Shown here: piece after piece, positions 7,860 to 16,013 of the stretch
How positions within the stretch are numbered: the first letter of the stretch is position 1
How the letters are laid out: each line of letters begins with the position of its first letter
DNA from: a virus
Lineage: Duplodnaviria > Caudoviricetes
IMG/VR virus record: IMGVR_UViG_3300028612_000777
Coordinates: 1-37,392 of that record
Strand: one strand, 5' to 3'
DNA: 37,392 bases
The notes under the pieces: model-generated
Told to the model about the DNA's origin: nothing
The model's database searches: none
Seen by the model: the letters and a program-made list of their open reading frames with translations, nothing else
Program-made: the position numbers and the translations under genes

Positions 7860-8834
7860 ATGGCACGCAGAAGAATGATTGATCCTGGACTGTGGGCATC
7901 CGGGCATAATACTAAACTTATATACAGGCAGCGACTGTTGTTCATTGGATTAATATCAAACGCAGATGACGAAGGAAGAATAAAAGGAAATCCAAACTAC
8001 ATCAGAGCAGTTGTGTTTCCGTACGATGATATACCCGGAAATGAGATATTAGACGATCTGAATTTATTAGAATCTGAAAAAATGATCTCACAATATCTGG
8101 TGGAAGATGTGCGTTATATCCAATTATCAAAATGGAAAGACTTCCAAACGATCAACAGACCACAGCTATCCAAGATTCCATCAGCTATTGACGACAAAGT
8201 GAACAGTTCAATGAACGAATCAGTGTATGAATCAATGACCAATTCACGACTAAGAGAAGTTAAAGGAATTAAAAAAGAAAATACACAAAAGAAAAAAAAT
8301 GTGGTGGTGTATAATTTTGAAAATCATAATAAAGAAGTTCCATTTGTGATTGCTTTTTGGAAACAATGGGTTAATCCTAATTCACAGGAAGCCATAGCTG
8401 GAAGTCCTACACCAACAGAAAAAAAACAAATCATGGACTATGCGTTTGCTTACAGTCAGGACATTGAGTTTTGGAAGCCGTATCTTGGGACTCGATTAAT
8501 CCGCATACAGAATGGGGATTTTCATCATAGCAGCATCAAGGCGTTCGCCGGGGGTGGGTTCAGAGATTATGACCCGGAAAAACCTAAAAAAGGCAAAGAG
8601 CCTATCACCAGGAAGTACGATAAAACAGTCACAGGCTATTACAAGGCTTACTGCTCAAAATGCGGGAAGATGGAATTACCGCCTGGGAAGTTTCAGCTTT
8701 ACGAAGGATCAACGTGCTGCAAGGTAGATTATACTCCTGTAAAACCAAAAGAATCACCCGGCAAGCCGCACAAAGTATTTACGCCTGACACCCGGTCAGA
8801 ATCAACGCAATCCCTGGCGGATATACTGCCTTGA
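7860..8834 (+). CDS. Phage replication initiator / replisome organiser with C-terminal zinc-ribbon-like motif
   Basis: MARRRMI...RLLFIGLISNADDEGR N-terminus, internal 12-bp repeats followed by an A-rich tract, CSKC...CC near the C-terminus; AGGAGG RBS. Confidence 0.82.
   Translation: MARRRMIDPGLWASGHNTKLIYRQRLLFIGLISNADDEGRIKGNPNYIRAVVFPYDDIPGNEILDDLNLLESEKMISQYLVEDVRYIQLSKWKDFQTINRPQLSKIPSAIDDKVNSSMNESVYESMTNSRLREVKGIKKENTQKKKNVVVYNFENHNKEVPFVIAFWKQWVNPNSQEAIAGSPTPTEKKQIMDYAFAYSQDIEFWKPYLGTRLIRIQNGDFHHSSIKAFAGGGFRDYDPEKPKKGKEPITRKYDKTVTGYYKAYCSKCGKMELPPGKFQLYEGSTCCKVDYTPVKPKESPGKPHKVFTPDTRSESTQSLADILP
8196..8300. promoter_or_regulatory. Putative replication origin (iterons plus A-rich tract) inside the initiator gene
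   Basis: 12-bp-phased units tcaatgaacgaa / tcagtgtatgaa / tcaatgaccaat at 8208-8243, then an A-rich stretch, as in lambda O-type origins. Confidence 0.6.
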
Positions 8835-9049
8835 TCACCACGATGAAAAAATACCGGAAGTTGCAGGATCGGCTTACGGAGGCTGAAAAATCGCTGGAGC
8901 GGGCGGAAGCGGCTAACTATAAGCTGCAAAAAATCCTCAAAAACGTCCAGGATGTCATAAATCTCTGGGAAAGTCGTATTATCGGCAATTTAAAGGCTAT
9001 TTCTACCCTTGCTGCATACCTATCACCCGACGAGAAAGACAAAAATTAG
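8831..9049 (+). CDS. Hypothetical coiled-coil protein
   Basis: TTGA overlap with the initiator stop; heptad-like YRKLQDRLTEAEKSLERAEAANYKLQKIL. Confidence 0.6.
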   Translation: MITTMKKYRKLQDRLTEAEKSLERAEAANYKLQKILKNVQDVINLWESRIIGNLKAISTLAAYLSPDEKDKN

Positions 9050-9186
9050 GATCAGCAGCCCGGAAACCATAGGGGCATAAACCCCAGAGCAAATTGGATC
9101 TATTCCGTGCGATTACTACCCATTCCGCACAATTACGACAATCCAAAACAATTTGACTTTTACATTTTTAGCTAACAGATTCCAGC

Positions 9187-9345
9187 ATGGATTCCGTAAC
9201 CATCATCATCGTCCAGTCGTTAGTTGTGGTGATTGCATCGTTAGCCGGAGCGCACATCTACCGCAGAGGAACGAATAATCAATCCGTTTTTGAAATCCCG
9301 CCTAAAATACCGTCTGAAAAGTTGGATGAATCATGGGAAAATTAG
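9187..9345 (+). CDS. 52-aa single-TM protein (not in ORF track)
   Basis: MDSVTIIIVQSLVVVIASLAGAHIYRRG..., filling the gap before TerS. Confidence 0.55.
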   Translation: MDSVTIIIVQSLVVVIASLAGAHIYRRGTNNQSVFEIPPKIPSEKLDESWEN

Positions 9346-9361
9346 ATATTAGGATGTACGG

Positions 9362-9760
9362 ATGCGGCTAACTTCAAAACAGATCAGGTTCGCTGAACTT
9401 TACACCGGGAACGGCACGGCAGCGGCTATTGAATCCGGATACTCAAAGAAATCAGCATCAGCCCAGGCAACTCAGCTGCTTAAAAACCCGCTGATCATTG
9501 AAGCGATCCAGGAACACGAATCTGTGCGGACAGAAAAACGCATTGCGACCCGGGAGCAACGGCAGGTGTTCTGGACAACGATCATGTTAGATGATGGCAA
9601 GCACATGAAAGATCGCTTGAGGGCATCGGAATTGCTCGGCAAATCCAATGGAGATTTCATGGACAGGGTAAGCATTGACATTCCTGGCTTAATTATAAGG
9701 ATGCCGGAACTTGTTCCTGTGGGAACACCGGTTGCCTACGAAACACCGGGGGAGGCATGA
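9362..9760 (+). CDS. terS: Terminase small subunit
   Basis: LTSKQIRFAELY..NGTAAAIESGYSKKSA...LLKNP and DRLRASELLGK; precedes TerL. Confidence 0.93.
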   Translation: MRLTSKQIRFAELYTGNGTAAAIESGYSKKSASAQATQLLKNPLIIEAIQEHESVRTEKRIATREQRQVFWTTIMLDDGKHMKDRLRASELLGKSNGDFMDRVSIDIPGLIIRMPELVPVGTPVAYETPGEA

Positions 9761-11211
9761 ATTGGTTACTAACGATTGTTGTGGTAAGTGTCATGTATGA
9801 TGTTCAGCCCCAGGTGGCAGAAGATTCATCTATTGAGCAGTGGATACCTCATGCGGGCAAACAGACGGAAATACTTAAACGCAGAGAGTTCGAGTGTCTA
9901 TTTGGCGGATCACGTGGCGGCGGCAAAACAGATGCTGGATTAGTCTGGCTGGTAGCACCGGAATATTACAAACATCCCAAGTACAAAGGCTTGGTGGTGC
10001 GGCGCAATGCAGATGACCTGTCTGACTGGATCGCCAGAGCCAGAGCCTTTTATCATCCGTTAGGGGCTACATTTGCCGGTAAAACTCCGATCATTAAGCT
10101 GCCGGCGGGTGGATTCATCAAAACAGGTCATTTGAAGGATGAAAATGCCTACACCAAGTACCAGGGGCATGAGTACCAGAAGATTCTCATTGAAGAACTC
10201 ACTCAAATACCCAGGGAAGAAGATTATTTGAAACTGATCTCATCATGCAGATCAACAGTCCCGGAGTTAAAGCCACAGATATTATCGACCACAAACCCTG
10301 GCGGTGCGGGTCATGTGTGGGTTAAGCAGCGGTTTGTGGATGTAGCCAAAGATAAAACGCATTACGACAAGGTCTCCGGCAGATCAAGAATATTTATTCC
10401 AGCCCGGATCGAAGATAACCCAACCTTGATGGACAACGATCCCGGGTATGTTAAATTCCTGGAGTCGCTGCCCAATGATTTAAGAAAAGCCTGGCGGGAT
10501 GGTGATTGGGATATCTTTGCCGGACAGTATTTCAAGAAGCTGCGGAAGTCCATTCACCTGTGCGAACCGTTTGTAATTCCCAGATCATGGACAAAGTTCA
10601 GATCGTTGGACTGGGGATACGGTCACAACACGGTCTGCTTGTGGTGGGCTGTGGATCACAATTCACCCTCCAATGCGTATATATACCGCCGGTACATCCA
10701 GAATGAGACAGTTGTAAGCGAAATGGCGCAGAACATACTGGATATGACCCCGAAGAATGAACAGATACAGACGACAGCATCCGATCCGGCAATATGGGTG
10801 AAGAATCCCTACTCGGAAGCACCGACGGATAAAACGATGGCAGATGTGATCAGGACGGTAGGATTACACATTGAAAAAGCCAATAACAACCGTATTAACG
10901 GCTGGCAAGCCTTGCGGGAACTGTTAGAGTGGAGCGATGAGAAGCCAAGCCCCAGGCTACATATATTTGAAACCTGCGAGGATGTGTTTGATGGGTTGAG
11001 CGTATTAGTCCACAATGAGAAAAAGCCGGAAGATGTTTTAAAGGTGGGCGGGGACGACATTGGTGATTGTGCAAGGTATGGGGCAATGCACCTGTATGCT
11101 GCATTAGCACCGGAGAAAGATAAGTCGAAGGAAGATAAATTTATAGAATCAATAGTAACAGATCAGATATTTGCCGGTGAACCGGATAACTCAACATGGG
11201 ATAATGTCTAA
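9757..11211 (+). CDS. terL: Terminase large subunit
   Basis: Walker A GGSRGGGKT, Walker B ILIEELTQ, coupling motif TTNPGG, nuclease motifs SLDWG and DDIGDCARY. Confidence 0.96.
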   Translation: MNWLLTIVVVSVMYDVQPQVAEDSSIEQWIPHAGKQTEILKRREFECLFGGSRGGGKTDAGLVWLVAPEYYKHPKYKGLVVRRNADDLSDWIARARAFYHPLGATFAGKTPIIKLPAGGFIKTGHLKDENAYTKYQGHEYQKILIEELTQIPREEDYLKLISSCRSTVPELKPQILSTTNPGGAGHVWVKQRFVDVAKDKTHYDKVSGRSRIFIPARIEDNPTLMDNDPGYVKFLESLPNDLRKAWRDGDWDIFAGQYFKKLRKSIHLCEPFVIPRSWTKFRSLDWGYGHNTVCLWWAVDHNSPSNAYIYRRYIQNETVVSEMAQNILDMTPKNEQIQTTASDPAIWVKNPYSEAPTDKTMADVIRTVGLHIEKANNNRINGWQALRELLEWSDEKPSPRLHIFETCEDVFDGLSVLVHNEKKPEDVLKVGGDDIGDCARYGAMHLYAALAPEKDKSKEDKFIESIVTDQIFAGEPDNSTWDNV

Positions 11212-12944
11212 TGAGATCAAATGTATCAACCACATTGGATTACGACGAACACACTCTGGAAGCCATAGCGGATAGTGCCGATCAGATTTCCCGGGTTAAG
11301 AAATGGTTTGAAGAATCGAAGAAAGCCAGGGAATCACAGTCAGAGCGGTGGCGAAAGAATGAAAAGCTGTATTACGGACAGCACTGGGTGGAGACGCAAA
11401 AGGATTCCAGGACAAAGCTGGTGTATAATTTCCCCTTGAGCGTTGTGGAAACAACTATGCCGATCATTGCGGATCATTTACCTACGGTGGATATTATGCC
11501 GAAGGAACAGGACGACGTTATGTTTGCGGATATGGTACAATCACGGTTCGATCAGCTTGCAGACCAGTCAGGCTTATATGACAAGATATTATTAACCGTT
11601 AAGGATTCGCTGATATATTCAAACGGATACCTGGAGGTATTGCCTGAATTGGACGAAAATGGCAGTCTGACCGGCATATCGGTCAATGTGCCTGACCCAT
11701 ATACGGTATTCCCCCATTATTTCGCTACAACGATGGAAAACGCCAATTATATCATCTTTGCAACACCCATGCACGTAAACGAGATTGAGCAGCAGTATGA
11801 CGTGCAAGTCACACCGGAAGGCAATTTAGACGATTACCGATCTTTTCAAACGGCGGTAGATGATGAGACCAGGGAAGGGGACGATATGGCACTGGTTATA
11901 GAGTGTTTTAGCTATGACCCGGACAGGGAGACGTATCCGAACGGACGGTTTACAGCGATTGCCCGAGAGCAGCTGCTGATCGATGAGCCATTAGAGTTGT
12001 CACGGATTCCTTATTTTATGGTGGGAAACTACAAGTCAGCCCATACCTGGTACGGTATTGGTGAGCCGGATTTAGTGCGAACACAGACCAAGACGTTAAA
12101 CGAGGTTATGAGTTCTATTGCAGATAATATTCGGGAAGCAGGAAACCCCATACGCAAAATGACTCCGAGATTTGTCGCAAAAAACCCATTAGGGATTAAC
12201 CCTCATGCCGGGGGGAAGGTAGTGGTAGACGATCCAAAAGATTTAACGTGGGACGCTCCGCCATCCATACCGGGGTACGTCCAAAACTATATTCAACAGA
12301 CCTCTGTAATGATGGATGCTGTTACCGGTGTCCATGACGTTACCCAGGGCAGACAGCCCACAGGCGTTACAGCTGCATCAGCGATTGCAGCATTGCAGGA
12401 AGCAGCCCAGACACGCATCCGGTATAAGATTACCAAAGAGATCAGTACGATGATTAAAGATGTGGGGAATTATGTGGTTGATTTGATCCAGACGTATGAC
12501 GATCAGATATTGTCGTTAAGAGAAAGATATTCCGGCGGAGACTTTGAGTTTAAAGAATTTAATCCCCAGGCGGTAGATGAAAAGACCGGAAAAACCTTTT
12601 CAGAAGGTCAGTTCGACATAACAGTGGCAACAGGTTTCAGGCAGCCATCCGGACGTTTAGCTGCGGAGGAAAGAGCGTTGAAACTCTATGAACTGGGTGT
12701 CTATGGTGTTGAGGATATTGTTATGGCACTAAATGAGCCGAATAAACAGGATTTAATAGAAAGATTTTATAAGCGGCAGCAGGAAGCGCAGATGCAGCAG
12801 CAGGGCGGAGAACAGATACCGCCGGAAGTGATAGAGCAGTTTCAGCAGCTTGTGGAGATTGCGCAGCCGGGAACGCCGGAAGAAGAACAGTTAAGGGAAA
12901 TGATGGAGCAGTATCCAGAACTACAGGAGATCATCCAGGCGTGA
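11211..12944 (+). CDS. Portal protein (podovirus-like)
   Basis: 577 aa after TerL; YYG.HW, VYN, TGVHDVTQG...TAASAIAALQEAA, Gln-rich C-terminus. Confidence 0.88.
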   Translation: MRSNVSTTLDYDEHTLEAIADSADQISRVKKWFEESKKARESQSERWRKNEKLYYGQHWVETQKDSRTKLVYNFPLSVVETTMPIIADHLPTVDIMPKEQDDVMFADMVQSRFDQLADQSGLYDKILLTVKDSLIYSNGYLEVLPELDENGSLTGISVNVPDPYTVFPHYFATTMENANYIIFATPMHVNEIEQQYDVQVTPEGNLDDYRSFQTAVDDETREGDDMALVIECFSYDPDRETYPNGRFTAIAREQLLIDEPLELSRIPYFMVGNYKSAHTWYGIGEPDLVRTQTKTLNEVMSSIADNIREAGNPIRKMTPRFVAKNPLGINPHAGGKVVVDDPKDLTWDAPPSIPGYVQNYIQQTSVMMDAVTGVHDVTQGRQPTGVTAASAIAALQEAAQTRIRYKITKEISTMIKDVGNYVVDLIQTYDDQILSLRERYSGGDFEFKEFNPQAVDEKTGKTFSEGQFDITVATGFRQPSGRLAAEERALKLYELGVYGVEDIVMALNEPNKQDLIERFYKRQQEAQMQQQGGEQIPPEVIEQFQQLVEIAQPGTPEEEQLREMMEQYPELQEIIQA

Positions 12945-13084
12945 TTCAACGAATTATTATCTACTTAAAAAAATTACATACAGTTAGATCAATACCGGAT
13001 GATTTTACCGGTAAGATTCTAATAAACTGCCAATTAGGCTATGTTAATAATATCGTGATATCGGAGAGTATTAAAATAGCCTGA
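12941..13084 (+). CDS. 47-aa YezD/DUF2292-like small protein (not in ORF track), candidate antitermination factor
   Basis: GTGA overlap with the portal stop and AGGAG upstream; MIQRIIIYLKKLHTVRSIPDDFTGKILINCQLGYVNNIVISESIKIA (helix, FTG, beta-hairpin pattern); family assignment from recall only. Confidence 0.65.
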   Translation: MIQRIIIYLKKLHTVRSIPDDFTGKILINCQLGYVNNIVISESIKIA

Positions 13085-13118
13085 ATTAGACCCAGATTTG
13101 ATTAAACCGACCTAAAAC

Positions 13119-13188
13119 CCGGGGAAATCGGAAAAACCGAAGCCCTGGACACTCTTTTCAAAGCGAGAGGAGCGTTCAGGGCTTTTTT
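13119..13188 (+). terminator. Intrinsic terminator with overlapping alternative (antiterminator) hairpin, copy 1
   Basis: Terminator AAGCCCTGGAC 13140-13150 pairs with GTTCAGGGCTT 13174-13184, then a T run; competing stem CCGGGG/CCCTGG encloses TCGG-AAAAA-CCGA. Confidence 0.8.
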
Positions 13189-13242
13189 AATGTCAATAAC
13201 CAGTGTCAATCACATGATTGACCAACTGAAATGAGGACACAC

Positions 13243-14037
13243 ATGATAGCAGCAGAAAATGTATCATACGAAAGCGTAGAAGTCTCGGACTCTGACCTTG
13301 AGGGTATAGAGCAACCCAGTGAGCCATCTACTGAAAACAAACCGGTAGAAGCAAATACCGGTGACGAAAGCGATAACGACGATAACGACGCACCAGCAAC
13401 GGTCATGGTTGGAGATCAGGAGTATACTGTTGATGAAATCAATGATGCTTTTGATTCCCATAAAAACAAGACTGACTGGAATAAAACCAATACGGAAAAG
13501 GCGCAAAAGATCGCAGACCAGCGCAAGAGTGTAGAGCCGATGGTTCAAATGGTGAAGATGTTCAATAATAACAAGGATTTCACTGAATTATTGATGGATT
13601 CCATAGAAGATGAGTTAGGGGAGGAGGGGAAAAGCCTTTTCGAGAACGTATTAAAGGCTGATCCCGGAGTAAACCCTTACAAGTCTCAGCTGGAAGAAGT
13701 ACAGCATGATAGAGACATAATGCAGGCGGATGCAACTTTAAACAAAGCGAAGTCCGAACTGAAAAGCAAATTCAAGCTGAAAGATAATAAAGTGAACGAT
13801 GTTGTTGATTTTGCAGTAAAAACTCACGAAGAAACCGGCAGGCTTATATCTTTAGAGGAAGCCTATAAGGTACTCGATTATGACACCTTAAAAGCAAAAT
13901 CAGAGAAGAATAAACCTAAACCTCCGCAGCTGGCAAACAAAGATCGTGGTGCAGCCGCTATCCATACGTCCGATAAAAAGGCAGGGACGGCTAACTACGA
14001 TGATGTTGATATAAGTGGATTCAACCTGTTTGGTTGA
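13243..14037 (+). CDS. Capsid scaffolding protein (putative)
   Basis: Acidic disordered N-terminus, DWNKTNTEKAQKIA helix, LEEAY near the C-terminus; lies between portal and capsid. Confidence 0.78.
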   Translation: MIAAENVSYESVEVSDSDLEGIEQPSEPSTENKPVEANTGDESDNDDNDAPATVMVGDQEYTVDEINDAFDSHKNKTDWNKTNTEKAQKIADQRKSVEPMVQMVKMFNNNKDFTELLMDSIEDELGEEGKSLFENVLKADPGVNPYKSQLEEVQHDRDIMQADATLNKAKSELKSKFKLKDNKVNDVVDFAVKTHEETGRLISLEEAYKVLDYDTLKAKSEKNKPKPPQLANKDRGAAAIHTSDKKAGTANYDDVDISGFNLFG

Positions 14038-14066
14038 TGATTAATTAGAAGAAAGGAGTTTAAGCT

Positions 14067-15095
14067 ATGGCTTTAACTTATGATTCTTTAGAATCGTTGA
14101 TCGCAAGGAAATATATGCCTATTCTTGCTGACAATATCTTTGTCAAGAGTCACCCTCTGACAGCAATTTTAAAGAAAAAATCAAAAACATTCAGCGGGCG
14201 TGAAATTGGGCTGCCCCTGGAAGTAACGGATGCAGACAGCACTAACAATGTTGTATGGGGATCGCCGGGTGCAGCATTAACCCCGACGGTATCAGACCCA
14301 TTCACACTGGCATTGTATACCCCGCAGATGCTGACCGGAACTTTGAAGATCAACAAAGAGGAGTTCCTCATAATGAATACACCGGAAGCGGTGAAAAACA
14401 TTGTGTCCTCCAAAGTGAAGAACCTTCAAAAAACCCTGGAAAAGGCTTTTGCTGATGCCATGTGGACGACAACCACAAGCGCATGGAACGCATTAACGGT
14501 TCTATTGAACGACACCAACAGCACGGCAGTAGGCGGTATTACACCAACAGCTACCTTGAATACGTGGTGGAAAACATCGATGGTAGATGCAGAAACTATC
14601 CGGCAAACAACGGCGACTGCCGTAACGGAGAGTGATCTGTATGATGCAGACTCCGGAACGTATATTCCCAGGATGTTAGCCCGGGGCGTTGCCAATGCCA
14701 AGAAGCAGACCGGCGAAACACCCGATTTGATTGTGGTAACTCAATACCTGTGGGACGTGATGGAGGATATTCTCGATCAGAAAAAAGCGGGTAATAAGTT
14801 CCATGATACAATGGGCGCAGCCGGGTTCAAAGCACTTGACTTCCGGGGCGTTGCTGTGATTGCTGATGCAGATTTACCTTTATCAGGTAATAAGGCAAGT
14901 ATGTACTTCATTAATTCGGATTATCTGTATATGTTCTTCAATTCCGGTGCGAAATTTACCGCCGGGAAATTCATTGAGAGCGATACGGCTAATACGCACT
15001 CCATGAAGGTTCATACCTACGGAAACCTGGTTACATCTAACAGAAACGCACATTGTGTTATTGAAAATGTGTATTCTGACAGCAGTTACGTCTAA
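14067..15095 (+). CDS. Major capsid protein
   Basis: 342 aa after the scaffold, strong AAGGAG RBS; DNIF..HPL, PDLIV, FRGVAVIAD, MYFINSDY, YGNL...NR. Confidence 0.88.
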   Translation: MALTYDSLESLIARKYMPILADNIFVKSHPLTAILKKKSKTFSGREIGLPLEVTDADSTNNVVWGSPGAALTPTVSDPFTLALYTPQMLTGTLKINKEEFLIMNTPEAVKNIVSSKVKNLQKTLEKAFADAMWTTTTSAWNALTVLLNDTNSTAVGGITPTATLNTWWKTSMVDAETIRQTTATAVTESDLYDADSGTYIPRMLARGVANAKKQTGETPDLIVVTQYLWDVMEDILDQKKAGNKFHDTMGAAGFKALDFRGVAVIADADLPLSGNKASMYFINSDYLYMFFNSGAKFTAGKFIESDTANTHSMKVHTYGNLVTSNRNAHCVIENVYSDSSYV

Positions 15096-15107
15096 ACCGT
15101 AAATAGA

Positions 15108-15152
15108 ATGTGAAGCTATCAGGGGGTGGATAACTATCCATCCCCACTTCAC
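15108..15152 (+). promoter_or_regulatory. Stem-loop after the capsid gene (no T tract)
   Basis: GGGGTGGAT-aact-ATCCATCCCC enclosed by TGTGAAG/CTTCACA, abutting the next RBS. Confidence 0.55.
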
Positions 15153-15164
15153 AAGGAGAATATT

Positions 15165-16010
15165 ATGACCACAGCCGAAGCCTTAACCATACTTGGACAC
15201 CGCCTGGAAGACCCCACTGGCGATTTGTTTGACGATACCCTTAAATATCTAATGCTCAACCGGGGTCAGGACAAACTGATTCAATACTTAAATCCGCACT
15301 TGTTGCAAGAATTACAGTCAAGCACCACAGCGATCGCTTTAACGGAAGATTCAGAACTTCCAGATGATTATAACGATTATTTTACTGCCAGTGATTTAGG
15401 CAGCACACCTTTTGGCGGATTGACCGGCATATTTGGTATCCGAGATGCTACTACCGGAGATTTTTATACAAAAACATCCTTTGAAACAATGATGATGGCG
15501 ATGGATGCAGTCCGGGCAATCATCAGCGATCGTGTTTCGTCTGCCTATCCGTCTATAAAATTTTATTTCTTAAAAAACCGGGTGTATTGCCACCCGGGGC
15601 TACATGATGTAAATGTGTACTATATCCGTCAGCCAGCAGAGTTTGGATCGACCATAGATGTGCTTAATAACCTTATTGTTGGACAACGCTATAGCATCGT
15701 GGTCGTCGGGACTACAGATTTTACAGCACACGGAGCGAGTGCTAATACGGTTGGAGTGGAGTTTGTAGCAACCAATACAGGATTAGGGACAGGCACGGTA
15801 GATGTCGAATGTCCATTAGAACGAATATTCCACGATGCCTGGGTTGAACTGGCTGAGTACGAGTTATGGATGACAAATAGAGATTTTGACAAGTCGCAAG
15901 AAGCCTTATCCAGGGCAATGGCAATAATTAATCAGCATAACACGTCTATCCCGGCTCTGAATATACCGGATCAGGTGAATGATCCTTTTTATAATTCTCA
16001 TCATATCTAA
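15165..16010 (+). CDS. Head-tail adaptor (putative) with an inserted fibre-type module
   Basis: Follows the capsid; N-terminal helices (LNRGQDKL), YYIRQP, FHDAWVELA; AGGAG RBS before ATG 15165. Confidence 0.65.
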   Translation: MTTAEALTILGHRLEDPTGDLFDDTLKYLMLNRGQDKLIQYLNPHLLQELQSSTTAIALTEDSELPDDYNDYFTASDLGSTPFGGLTGIFGIRDATTGDFYTKTSFETMMMAMDAVRAIISDRVSSAYPSIKFYFLKNRVYCHPGLHDVNVYYIRQPAEFGSTIDVLNNLIVGQRYSIVVVGTTDFTAHGASANTVGVEFVATNTGLGTGTVDVECPLERIFHDAWVELAEYELWMTNRDFDKSQEALSRAMAIINQHNTSIPALNIPDQVNDPFYNSHHI

Positions 16011-16013
16011 ATT

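Noticed and set aside
9050-9100. Possible tRNA or terminator
   Set aside because: Only a 4-bp GGGG/CCCC hairpin; no cloverleaf, T-loop or T tract
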